Shown one piece after another: positions 13,501 through 26,469 of a stretch of 64,000 bases of DNA (positions are counted from its first letter, which is position 1; every line of letters begins with the position of its first letter). A model generated the notes under the pieces. That model searched no databases. It worked only from the letters and a program-made list of their open reading frames with translations, and had not been told where the DNA came from. A program made the position numbers and the translations under genes. The DNA lies in the NCBI GenBank assembly GCA_964016885.1, contig OZ024743.1, forward strand, positions 157,170,001 through 157,234,000, in the 5' to 3' direction. The DNA is from Eledone cirrhosa (Eukaryota).

Positions 13501-16500
13501 TATCAGCCCACATAAAAAATATATAAGACTTATATAGAAGAGACGAACGAGGAAAGGCTTCGTCAACGAGTTTTCGTCCAATAATACAGAGGGGACCCAA
13601 GGCCAAAAACGCACATGGTATTCAGCGAGGGAGGGAACCCCTATATTAGCGAAAGAATTCGGTGATGTGTAAATCATGTAAGAATACAAATTATCACATA
13701 TCGAATCAGAGTGCTCAACAGACGTGTTAAAATAAACACGAGCTATTCAACAGTCAATAAGATCAACAAAAAAATCATTAATAAAATTAACTGGTCAATA
13801 GCTAAGGTCTAGAGCTAAATATAGTAGAATAATCGAGAATCGGAATATCAGCCCACGAAATCCCGATAAACAATATCCGACATGCGTGGCAGAGGGCTCA
13901 ATAATTTGGATAAATCAGAGCTATAACTATCGTTAAAATACCAACACTTAGAGAACATGCCTAAAATCACCCATGCAGCCGAAAAAGAACGACCAGGAAG
14001 ATTCGCGTCACTCAAATAAAATATCAATAAATTAATAAATTAAATGAATGTAAAAAACTCACCCGGACCCGCTAGAAAGATGTTAAATCTAGCTTCTTGG
14101 GTTTCTGCAATTCCTTAAGCCAATCACTATCAGCCCACATAAAAAATATATAAGACTTATATAGAAGAGACGAACGAGGAAAGGCTTCGTCAACGAGTTT
14201 TCGTCCAATAATACAGAGGGGACCCAAGGCCAAAAACGCACATGGTATTCAGCGAGGGAGGGAACCCCTATATTAGCGAAAGAATTCGGTGATGTGTAAA
14301 TCATGTAAGAATACAAATTATCACATATCGAATCAGAGTGCTCAACAGACGTGTTAAAATAAACACGAGCTATTCAACAGTCAATAAGATCAACAAAAAA
14401 ATCATTAATAAAATTAACTGGTCAATAGCTAAGGTCTAGAGCTAAATATAGTAGAATAATCGAGAATCGGAATATCAGCCCACGAAATCCCGATAAACAA
14501 TATCCGACATGCGTGGCAGAGGGCTCAATAATTTGGATAAATCAGAGCTATAACTATCGTTAAAATACCAACACTTAGAGAACATGCCTAAAATCACCCA
14601 TGCAGCCGAAAAAGAACGACCAGGAAGATTCGCGTCACTCAAATAAAATATCAATAAATTAATAAATTAAATGAATGTAAAAAACTCACCCGGACCCGCT
14701 AGAAAGATGTTAAATCTAGCTTCTTGGGTTTCTGCAATTCCTTAATCCAATCACTATCAGCCCACATAAAAAATATATAAGACTTCTATAGAAGAGACGA
14801 ACGAGGAAAGGCTTCGTCAACGAGTTTTCGTCCAATAATACAGAGGGGACCCAAGGCCAAAAACGCACATGGTATTCAGCGAGGGAGGTAACCCCTATAT
14901 TAGCGAAAGAATTCGGTGATGTGTAAATCATGTAAGAATACAAATTATCACATATCGAATCAGAGTGCTCAACAGACGTGTTAAAATAAACACGAGCTAT
15001 TCAACAGTCAATAAGATCAACAAAAAAATCATTAATAAAATTAACTGGTCAATAGCTAAGGTCTAGAGCTAAATATAGTAGAATAATCGAGAATCGGAAT
15101 ATCAGCCCACGAAATCCCAATAAACAATATCCGACATGCGTGGCAGAGGGCTCAATAATTTGGATAAATCAGAGCTATAACTATCGTTAAAATACCAACA
15201 CTTAGAGAACATGCCTAAAATCACCCATGCAGCCGAAAAAGAACGACCAGGAAGATTCGCGTCACTCAAATAAAATATCAATAAATTAATAAATTAAATG
15301 AATGTAAAAAACTCACCCGGACCCGCTAGAAAGATGTTAAATCTAGCTTCTTGGGTTTCTGCAATTCCTTAATCCAATCACTATCAGCCCACATAAAAAA
15401 TATATAAGACTTCTATAGAAGAGACGAACGAGGAAAGGCTTCGTCAACGAGTTTTCGTCCAATAATACAGAGGGGACCCAAGGCCAAAAACGCACATGGT
15501 ATTCAGCGAGGGAGGGAACCCCTATATTAGCGAAAGAATTCGGTGATGTGTAAATCATGTAAGAATACAAATTATCACATATCGAATCAGAGTGATCAAC
15601 AGACGTGTTAAAATAAACACGAGCTATTCAACAGTCAATAAGATCAACAAAAAAATCATCAATAAAATTAACTGGTCAATAGCTAAGGTCTAGAGCTAAA
15701 TATAGTAGAATAATCGAGAATCGGAATATCAGCCCACGAAATCCCGATAAACAATATCCGACATGCGTGGCAGAGGGCTCAATAATTTGGATAAATCAGA
15801 GCTATAACTATCGTTAAAATACCAACACTTAGAGAACATGCCTAAAATCACCCATGCAGCCGAAAAAGAACGACCAGGAAGATTCGCGTCACTCAAATAA
15901 AATATCAATAAATTAATAAATTAAATGAATGTAAAAAACTCACCCGGACCCGCTAGAAAGATGTTAAATCTAGCTTCTTGGGTTTCTGCAATTCCTTAAG
16001 CCAATCACTATCAGCCCACATAAAAAATATATAAGACTTATATAGAAGAGACGAACGAGGAAAGGCTTCGTCAACGAGTTTTCGTCCAATAATACAGAGG
16101 GGACCCAAGGCCAAAAACGCACATGGTATTCAGCGAGGGAGGGAACCCCTATATTAGCGAAAGAATTCGGTGATGTGTAAATCATGTAAGAATACAAATT
16201 ATCACATATCGAATCAGAGTGATCAACAGACGTGTTAAAATAAACACGAGCTATTCAACAGTCAATAAGATCAACAAAAAAATCATCAATAAAATTAACT
16301 GGTCAATAGCTAAGGTCTAGAGCTAAATATAGTAGAATAATCGAGAATCGGAATATCAGCCCACGAAATCCCGATAAACAATATCCGACATGCGTGGCAG
16401 AGGGCTCAATAATTTGGATAAATCAGAGGTATAACTATCGTTAAAATACCAACACTTAGAGAACATGCCTAAAATCAACCATGCAGCCGAAAAAGAACGA

Positions 16501-18199
16501 CCAGGAAGATTCGCGTCACTCAAATAAAATATCAATAAATTAATAAATTAAATGAATGTAAAAAACTCACCCGGACCCGCTAGAAAGATGTTAAATCTAG
16601 CTTCTTGGGTTTCTGCAATTCCTTAAGCCAATCACTATCAGCCCATATAAAAAATATATAAGACTTATATAGAAGAGACGAACGAGGAAAGGCTTCGTCA
16701 ACGAGTTTTCGTCCAATAATACAGAGGGGACCCAAGGCCAAAAACGCACATGGTATTCAGCGAGGGAGGGAACCCCTATATTAGCGAAAGAATTCGGTGA
16801 TGTGTAAATCATGTAAGAATACAAATTATCACATATCGAATCAGAGTGCTCAACAGACGTGTTAAAATAAACACGAGCTATTCAACAGTCAATAAGATCA
16901 ACAAAAAAATCATTAATAAAATTAACTGGTCAATAGCTAAGGTCTAGAGCTAAATATAGTAGAATAATCGAGAATCGGAATATCAGCCCACGAAATCCCG
17001 ATAAACAATATCCGACATGCGTTGCAGAGGGCTCAATAATTTGGATAAATCAGAGGTATAACTATCGTTAAAATACCAACACTTAGAGAACATGCCTAAA
17101 ATCACCCATGCAGCCGAAAAAGAACGACCAGGAAGATTCGCGTCACTCAAATAAAATATCAATAAATTAATAAATTAAATGAATGTAAAAAACTCACCCG
17201 GACCCGCTAGAAAGATGTTAAATCTAGCTTCTTGGGTTTCTGCAATTCCTTAATCCAATCACTATCAGCCCACATAAAAAATATATAAGACTTCTATAGA
17301 AGAGACGAACGAGGAAAGGCTTCGTCAACGAGTTTTCGTCCAATAATACAGAGGGGACCCAAGGCCAAAAACGCACATGGTATTCAGCGAGGGAGGGAAC
17401 CCCTATATTAGCGAAAGAATTCGGTGATGTGTAAATCATGTAAGAATACAAATTATCACATATCGAATCAGAGTGCTCAACAGACGTGTTAAAATAAACA
17501 CGAGCTATTCAACAGTCAATAAGATCAACAAAAAAATCATTAATAAAATTAACTGGTCAATAGCTAAGGTCTAGAGCTAAATATAGTAGAATAATCGAGA
17601 ATCGGAATATCAGCCCACGAAATCCCAATAAACAATATCCGACATGCGTGGCAGAGGGCTCAATAATTTGGATAAATCAGAGCTATAACTATCGTTAAAA
17701 TACCAACACTTAGAGAACATGCCTAAAATCACCCATGCAGCCGAAAAAGAACGACCAGGAAGATTCGCGTCACTGAAATAAAATATCAATAAATTAATAA
17801 ATTAAATGAATGTAAAAAACTCACCCGGACCCGCTAGAAAGATGTTAAATCTAGCTTCTTGGGTTTCTGCAATTCCTTAATCCAATCACTATCAGCCCAC
17901 ATAAAAAATATATAAGACTTCTATAGAAGGGACGAACGAGGAAAGGCTTCGTCAACGAGTTTTCGTCCAATAATACAGAGGGGACCCAAGGCCGAAAAAG
18001 CACATGGTATTCAGCATGGGAGGAAACCCCTATATTAGCGAAAGAATTCGGTGATGTGTAAATTATGTAAGAATACAAATTATCACATATCGAATCAGAG
18101 TGCTCAACAGACGTGTTAAAATATACAAGAGCTATTCAACAGTCAATAAGATCAACAAAAAAAATCATCAATAAAATTAACTGGTCAATAGCTAAGGTC
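7551..18199. repeat. Tandem array: 17 units of ~627 bp (last unit ~616 bp), nearly identical
   Basis: Unit start tagtagaataatcgag recurs at 7551, 8179, 8807, 9434, 10060, 10687, 11314, 11941, 12568, 13195, 13822, 14449, 15076, 15703, 16330, 16957 and 17584. Confidence 0.98.
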
Positions 18200-20082
18200 C
18201 ACCTCACTCTCACTGATGATCTCCACACATTTTTTCCACAGCAAAATCAATCTTAACGGATGGGTATAGTGATACCCCGTCCATACTGCCTATGATGCAG
18301 TTAGATACGTTTTCCTTTTTGTTGCATTCCTTGATCCTGCTGAGGAGGTCCTCTGAACTGTCACATACATCTGGGGACGTCTTAATTATGGGGCGTATAG
18401 CCACTGAGAGGAAGTAGGAGATCCTGTATTTGCTAGCGATATTGGCTCCGCATACAGGTCTTGTTGGTGGTCCTGTTGTCGGGTCGTCGACTGTCTTATG
18501 GTCTTTGCGGAGTCCATAAAAGTTCAGTATGTCATTGTTAGACGCATGGAAATTGTTGGCAGTGCGTCTGCTTGGCTTTAGAATGTCGGTCCACATCATG
18601 ATGTGAGCGTTGAGTATCTTCTCTCTTCCCTCATGTGTTTTTTGTGTAATTTCGCTTGTGTTGGTGATTTGGGGTTGCATAGCCTTGATGTAGTTCGGCA
18701 TGCTGTCTATTGACATCCTACCAGACTTATCTGTCTGTAGACACACTACCTGACCACCCCTTGTGCGCTGCTTGAGGCTAGCTAAGCCTTCTACAGGTTT
18801 CCTTCCAAGTTGTTGGACCTCTGCTCTGCTTTCTCTCGTAGTATATCGGTCTGCTATTTGTCTAATCTTATATCTAGCTATGCTGAACTGTGCCTCTGCC
18901 TCGTCATCTATTTGTTGTGGTATACAAACCCTTTTATTAAAGGGTAACCTCGTAGGATAATTTTACTCCTGTTATATGTTTTGTCAGCTGGTTTGAAGAA
19001 TAGTTTCTCTAAGGGGTTGTCATTATATCTATCGTCATAGTTGTGTGTTTTGCTATTATTGTTATTATGGTTGTTGTTGTTCCTACCATTAACATTAGTA
19101 TTATTGTTATGATTGTTAGATGTATCGTTGTTGTTTTCTCTATTGTTATTTTTGTTGTTACTTTATTTCTACCATTGTGGTTGTTACTTTTATTATTATG
19201 TTTCTTGTTTTTGTTGTTGTTGTTGCTTTTGTGTCTATAATTGGTGATGTTACTCGTATTATTTCCATTATTAGTACTGTGGTTGTTGTTGTTGTGTCTA
19301 TCATTAATGTTGCTACTCGTATTATTTCTTATTGTTAGCACTGTGGTTGTTGTTGGATCTGTCGTTAATGTTTCCATTATTATTATTGTGGTTGTTGTTG
19401 TTATTCTGTCTATCGTTTGAGTTGAAATCCCGCCGATGTTAACTTTGCCTTTCTCCCTTATGGGGTCGATAATATAAAGTACCAGTAATACACTGGGTAA
19501 TTGCTGGCCTCGTGCCAAAAGTAGAAACAATTATTATTATTACTGTTTCTCACTCTCCTGCTTTTGTCATTGTTATGACTATTACTATTATAGCTGTTAT
19601 TTCTATACTTAGAGTTATAGTCCATATAGTTGTTGTTGTTTATTTTCGCATTCCAACGTATTTTTGTGAAACACTTTTCCAGCTCAGTTTTGCACTCGAT
19701 TGGATTTACCTTTTTATAGATAGCAAATTTCGGTGGGAGCTGTAGAGCTTCTTGTTCTTATCCATTGATTAAAGTTTTCCCATAAATATTTAATGTATGG
19801 TCTTTGGTAAAATCTGCCGGTAATGCTACATCTGTCATACGGATATTGTTGAGGTTATCTGGGTATTTTTATAAAATTCCTATTTTCCTTTCTTCTTGTT
19901 TTTTCCTCTTCATCCCTTTTAATTTCTTATTGAAATGTCTATTACATTCGTTTTGTGCATATTTTGTTTCATGTCGAATGATGCCCATGTCATGAATTCA
20001 TTTATCTCGTTGGGTGTGGTGAGATTTTGAATATCCTTAACGTAATGTTCGTTAACTTTTGTATATGATATTCTTTTAATCA
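18200..20082 (-). mobile_element. Penelope-like element (Neptune/Nematis-like), N-terminal half to RT motif A; degenerate, with an Asn-rich insert and a SINE insertion
   Basis: Minus-strand motifs LQLPPKFAI, QTDKSGRMSI, YGLRKDHK..GPPTRPVCGA, SMDGVSLYPSV; truncated at the array junction. Confidence 0.8.
19415..19540 (+). mobile_element. tRNA-derived SINE, 5'-truncated
   Basis: B-box remnant, gcctttc..ggggtcgata..aagtaccag body and (att)n tail. Confidence 0.85.
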
Positions 20083-20084
20083 AA

Positions 20085-22497
20085 CCTCACATGATGATGT
20101 GGACCGACATCCTAAAGCCAAGCAGACGCACTGACAACAACTTCAGGCGTCAAACAATGACATATCTCCCTTGTATGGGCTCCGCAAGGACCATAGGACA
20201 GTCGACGACCCGACAACAGGACCACCAACAAGATCTGTATGCGGAGCCAATATCGCTAGCAACTACAGGATCTCCTACTTCCTCTCAATGGCTATACGCC
20301 CCATAATCAAGATGTCCACAGATGTATGTGACAGTACAGAGGACCTCCTCAGCAGAATCAATGAATGCAACAAAAAGCAAAACCTATCAAACTGCATATT
20401 AGCCAGTATTGACGTGGTATCACTATACCCATCCATTAACAGTGATTTTGCTGTGGAAAAATGTGTGGAGATGATCAGTGAGAGTGAGGTGGAGTTCTGC
20501 GACGTCGACACAGATGAACTGAGCCTCCTACTTAGACTTACCTATGACACCGACTACCTAGACAGCCATGACGTTAGCTGTTTCTGCCCCAGTAGACCCA
20601 TAAGAGGTAGACCCCCAACCATAACCTCAATGGCAAAAAAGACTCCCATAGCAAGGTGGATTGGGTGGACCAAAGCCATACGGACCCCCAAAAACAATGA
20701 TCAGGTAAGAAAAATTGTCGCGCATGCAACAGGGGCTATTATTAAAACTACCCTAAAAGGCAACATATTCAAATTCAACGGGATCTACACCTAAAATGAG
20801 GGAGCAGCCATTGGTGTCAGCATAGCTGGTGACGTTGCCAACCTTTTTATGGTATGGTAGGAAAGGAGACTCAAAGATCTCCTTGATGAGAGCTCCATAG
20901 ACCTCATCATGTACTCTCGTTACTTAGACGATATTAATATAGTAATAAGGACACCCACACAAGAGAGTACTAACAAGTAGGATTTAGAATGTAGCACAAT
21001 GGAAATCATCCAACAGATAGCTAACTCAATACACCAGAGTATAACTGTAACTACCCACTACCCTTCCAAACACCCTAACAGTAGACTACCTGTATTAGAC
21101 ACGGGACTCTCGATTAACACTATGGACGAGAGGGCCCAAATCCTCCACTCACTCCACGCTAAACTCATGGCCTCAAAATACCTGATACTCAAAAATTCAG
21201 CAATATCCAGTAATGTTAAGTTTAATATTCTGATCGCAGACTTGGTACGAGTGCTGAAGAATGTTTCCCGCATGTGCGACGCGACAGAAATGGAAAGACA
21301 CAGCCAACACTTCATCAACCGCATACATTTCTCTGACTTCAACCAAAGAGAGAGAATCAGAGTATAACAAGTAGCCACGGAGAAGTATAAGACCCTCATA
21401 GAACCGTACATGAAAGGAATTTGCCCATTATAAAGGAGCAAATAATGGAATAGCTTAGATAGGACTAAACATAAGATAGGGAAAGCCACCTCATGGTACG
21501 ATAACAAGAGATACCAGAGTGCGATGTTCGTGGACGCTACCCCTGATGGGAAATTAGCTAACCAGTGTAGAAAAGCCTGAGGAAGACTCACTTAAAGATT
21601 AAAGTGGTAGAAAAGCCAGGAACTACCATAAAATCCCTGATCAGCAAAACATACCCTTTTAAGAAAACTCACTGTACTAATAGGAAATGTGTTATATGTA
21701 AAGTAAACCCCCGGATAAATTGTAAAACTAGAAACGTAGTCTGTAGCATAAGATGTACAGAAGGTACTTGCAGAAACATGACAACAACATACATAGGCGA
21801 GACAGCTCGTAGCATAGGAGAAAGGATCGAACAACACTGGGGAACTAAAAGGATGAAGAAACAGTTTAGTACTATACGAAGATTCCAGAGAACAACATGA
21901 CGGTAACATAGACAACATAGAAATAAAAATAATATCTAAACATAAAAATGACCCAGCAGATAGGCAAATCAGAGAGGCAAGCGAAATAGAGCTTAGAACG
22001 GCAAAGCTAAACAGAAAAAAGGTATGGCATAACAACAACACCCAAACAAACAATACTGACTTAAGGGAAATATAAATAAATAAATAATTAAATAAATAAA
22101 TAAATAAATATATACACCAGCACGATAACACCAAACACATATAAACACATACTAGTAAACTAAGATAGAATACAATAACCAAAAGTCAGTCACCCAAACG
22201 CGAACACACATCAAACACTATACACACACGCAAACGCATGCGCAGAGAAGATAAACATAAATAAATAAATAAACAGATAAAATAAAAATGGCGTAGATAT
22301 ACAATACAACATCTAAGGCGCGTAAAATTCCCGAGATCCATGGACGAGTTCTCTCCAGCGGTCTCTGTCCCTCATTATCACTGCCATATCCTGCATCTCC
22401 AACAGACCAGTGATATACAATACAACATGAGGAACATAATAGTACCACTTATGATGTTGCAGATGTACAACGAAAGAACTTTGTTAGACTATATATA
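20085..22497 (+). mobile_element. Penelope-like element (Neptune/Nematis-like), 5'-truncated RT + Cys-linker + GIY-YIG pseudogene and 3' end
   Basis: SIDVVSLYPSI, GAAIGVSIAGDVANLFMVW, YSRYLDDI, YPSKHPNSRLPVLD, C..C..C..C linker and TYIGETARSIGERIEQH; multiple stops; degenerate HHR-like motif near 22445-22490; ends in TA. Confidence 0.9.
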
Positions 22498-22539
22498 GGT
22501 TTTTATATCTATATCATATCTGTATTTTTGTCAGTCAAT

Positions 22540-22995
<456 letters not shown>

Positions 22996-23856
22996 ATATA
23001 ACATACCGCTAGGGTCTTGATTGTTCAATTCCAGTATTTGCAGTGATTTATTTCATAAAATTTCAATGTTTAAATACCAAAAATAATATGATAAACTTAA
23101 AGAAGAAAAGGAGGTAGAGCAAATTAGAGATATAAGTGAGGGTGTAAAGACAAGAAAGGCAAGAAAAAAATAATAAATACATACATAAATACATACATAA
23201 ATAGATAAATGAATAAAAAATAAATGGATGAATGAGTAAAAGAAATATATATTAAAGAAAAGAGGAATATCGACAAAAGAGTGAAGGTGTGGGAACAGTA
23301 AAGGGAACAGAGGGGGGTAAAGAAAATAAAGAAAAAAAGGGAACATCAACTAGAGTAGGATAGAGAAGAAAACAGTTGATTCAAATGCTAGATCAAATAG
23401 GACATCCAATCAATTCACATAATCAATTGAATATATTTTGTATTTGATTATGGTTTAGCTAATTAAACATATATATTAAGCCAAAATTAATCAGTATAGA
23501 TTACTTTCTATAGCAATCCCATATATAGTTTAATCAAAAATTTATATAATTAATTTAATTTCATTCATTATAGATTATTATTTTTAATTTTAAGGTAAGA
23601 TATTCTATAAACATTTTGTTATAACTTTAAAAGAAATAACCTTTAAAGCATATTTAAATAATTATTAAATATGTATTAAAATCTAATACCATGCATATAT
23701 CAACATCAATACATATAATATATTTAGATCATTTATTACCCAAATTATTTTATTTAATTATGATATTCTCTTCATAAAATCTTACTATTCTTTAATTTTC
23801 ATTTAATTCCTAGGATTAAACTGCTGTTACATTTACTCTCAAAAGTTGTTACATTA

Positions 23857-24047
23857 ATTAATTGTTTCTACTTTTGGCACAAGGAAGCAAATCACCAGTA
23901 CATTACTGGTACTTTATTTTATCGACCCCGTAAGGATGAAAGGCAAAGTTAACCTCGGCGGGATTTGAACTCAGAATCGAAAGCCCGTAACTCTTTGCGT
24001 CAAAGCATGACGTCCGACCCTCTACCGATACTGCTAATTCACCGCCC
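23857..24047 (-). mobile_element. tRNA-derived SINE, full length
   Basis: A box (tagcagtatcgg), B box (gagttcaaatcc) and conserved body. Confidence 0.9.
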
Positions 24048-24611
24048 TCAAGATAATTGTAGCATTAATTAATGATAGGTTATATTTACTTCTGTATTTA
24101 GTTATTTTGATATATAGTTTCCTTTTAATGATAGTCTATATATTATTAATCTACTTATTTCATATCTAATATAATTTAGCCAGCTAGTCAAAAAGAAAAG
24201 AAATGTTTATGGACAATGTAAACAAAAGAAAGATAACTCATTCACCATATACAAACATTTATAACGTATCTCTATTCTCACGTTCCGCGATATTTCGAAA
24301 ACCGTAAATCATCTATTGCATATATCATAAATGATGTGTAGTTACATATTGAACTGTCCTAATCGAAACATGATAACGAGACTCTTAATGAGATTATTCT
24401 AAACTTATGAATATCAATAAATTATTACTACAATAAGGCAAAAACGTATATATATATTAAATTATTAATTGTCAATATTTTTTCGAAAACTTGTACATTG
24501 CCTAGAAATTTTACCAATTTTATGGTGACAACTACTAAATAATTCATTTTTTTTGTTCATTAAATTGTCATAATGTGTAACAAACTCTTGGCTAATTTCG
24601 AAAACGATAAT

Positions 24612-24687
<76 letters not shown>

Positions 24688-25508
24688 TAAACAAATAATG
24701 AATAAAACAATGAAACAGTTCCTTATATTAAACAAAAAAAGTTCATTATTTAACGATCGTTTCTAGGATATATATGTGTTAGAATTGGCATGCATATTCA
24801 ACAGATCTATGTACAAAATTATACAAAATTATACAAACTATCAAGATTAAATATACATACCAAACACACATATATGCCGTCTTCAGAAATAATTAAATAT
24901 ATTTATTGATAATAACAACAATTCAAAATTTCAGGTCCGTTTGGGAACGGAGTTCAAAATTGACCAATGAAAATACAAAAAGTTTTATGCAGTTTGGTGT
25001 GTGTATATACATGTAACTAACCCCGTACACATATTTATACAAAGATATATGCTCAACATGCATACGCATGCCAAAAAGATGTATGCAAATACAAAAATTT
25101 AAGGCTAATGTCACTGTAAGTTTATAATCCACAGATAAAATGCGTATAGACACATAAATATGAAATAAGTGTATACACATATTCTCATACTCACACATAT
25201 CCGTACACTCACACACACGCGCGCGTATATGCATAAACATACACATAATTACGAACATACATACACACACACACCCCTACACACATATATATGTGGATAT
25301 AATATTATCATAAGCACATGGATATTAATTCACTCACATAAACACTGCCACACACATTTAGATCAAGATACAGAAATTAGGTGGGAGGGGGGGAGAGGTC
25401 AGTATTCAACGGTTTGGGCAGACTGCTTATTTATAGATGTATCTATAAACTTCGAAATAAATAGAAAAGAAAAGAAAAAGAAAAAAGAAAAAAGAAATAT
25501 ATCAAGAA

Positions 25509-25569
<61 letters not shown>

Positions 25570-25636
25570 TTCTACACATACAACACACACACACACACAT
25601 ATATAAACATATACATATACATATATACACACATAT

Positions 25637-25685
<49 letters not shown>

Positions 25686-26469
25686 TACATATAGCATACA
25701 TACAAATACATACGCATCCATATATGCGTATATACATACAAACACCACTACACTCTCACACAACTCAGACATACAAAGAAGAAGGTATATACATATACAT
25801 ATATACACACATTAAAAGAGATACATATACACATATAAATATATATATATACACATACATTTATATATATACCCACACACACATACAACCATAAACACAC
25901 ATACAAACACATACATACACACATATATACATATATATACACACACACAAAAAACACACATACACATATATATTTTTACACATATATATACATATATATA
26001 CATATACACAACTTCACATGTATACATATACACATAAGTTATATTATAATAATAAATAATATATATATATACACATACGAATATATATATATACACACAC
26101 AGATATACATATATATATATACACACACACACACACACTCACATATATATGTGCGCACACGTACATATATACACATACACACATATACACATAAACATAT
26201 ACATGTGCATACATGTACATACACACATATACCCACATAGATACGAACATAGACATATATATAGAGAGACATACATATACATACACATATATACATACAC
26301 ATACATACACACATATATATATATATATATACACACACATACACGCCCAGTTAATTACCTGGGAGGTGTTTTCCCAGAGTGGTAAAATAACGTGTTTTCT
26401 TATTTGTGGGATGACTCTATCCAAAATTTTTTTGCTAATTATTCCAATATCTGATTTGGAGGGACATAT

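Noticed and set aside
7818-18078. Repeated 75-aa minus-strand ORF in the array
   Set aside because: Starts at a non-ATG codon, is broken in unit 4, has no recognisable motif, and recurs only because the DNA repeats
7551-18199. CRISPR array or 5S/tRNA/snRNA/histone gene cluster
   Set aside because: No unique spacers, no cas genes, eukaryotic context; no recognisable RNA-gene or histone sequence in the unit
18213-18245. CTGATGA next to the array junction as a hammerhead
   Set aside because: It is the antisense of RT codons (IISESEV), with no properly placed GAAA or stems
19009-19530. Asn/Thr-rich protein gene
   Set aside because: Low-complexity (AAC/AAT) expansion plus a SINE inside a dead PLE
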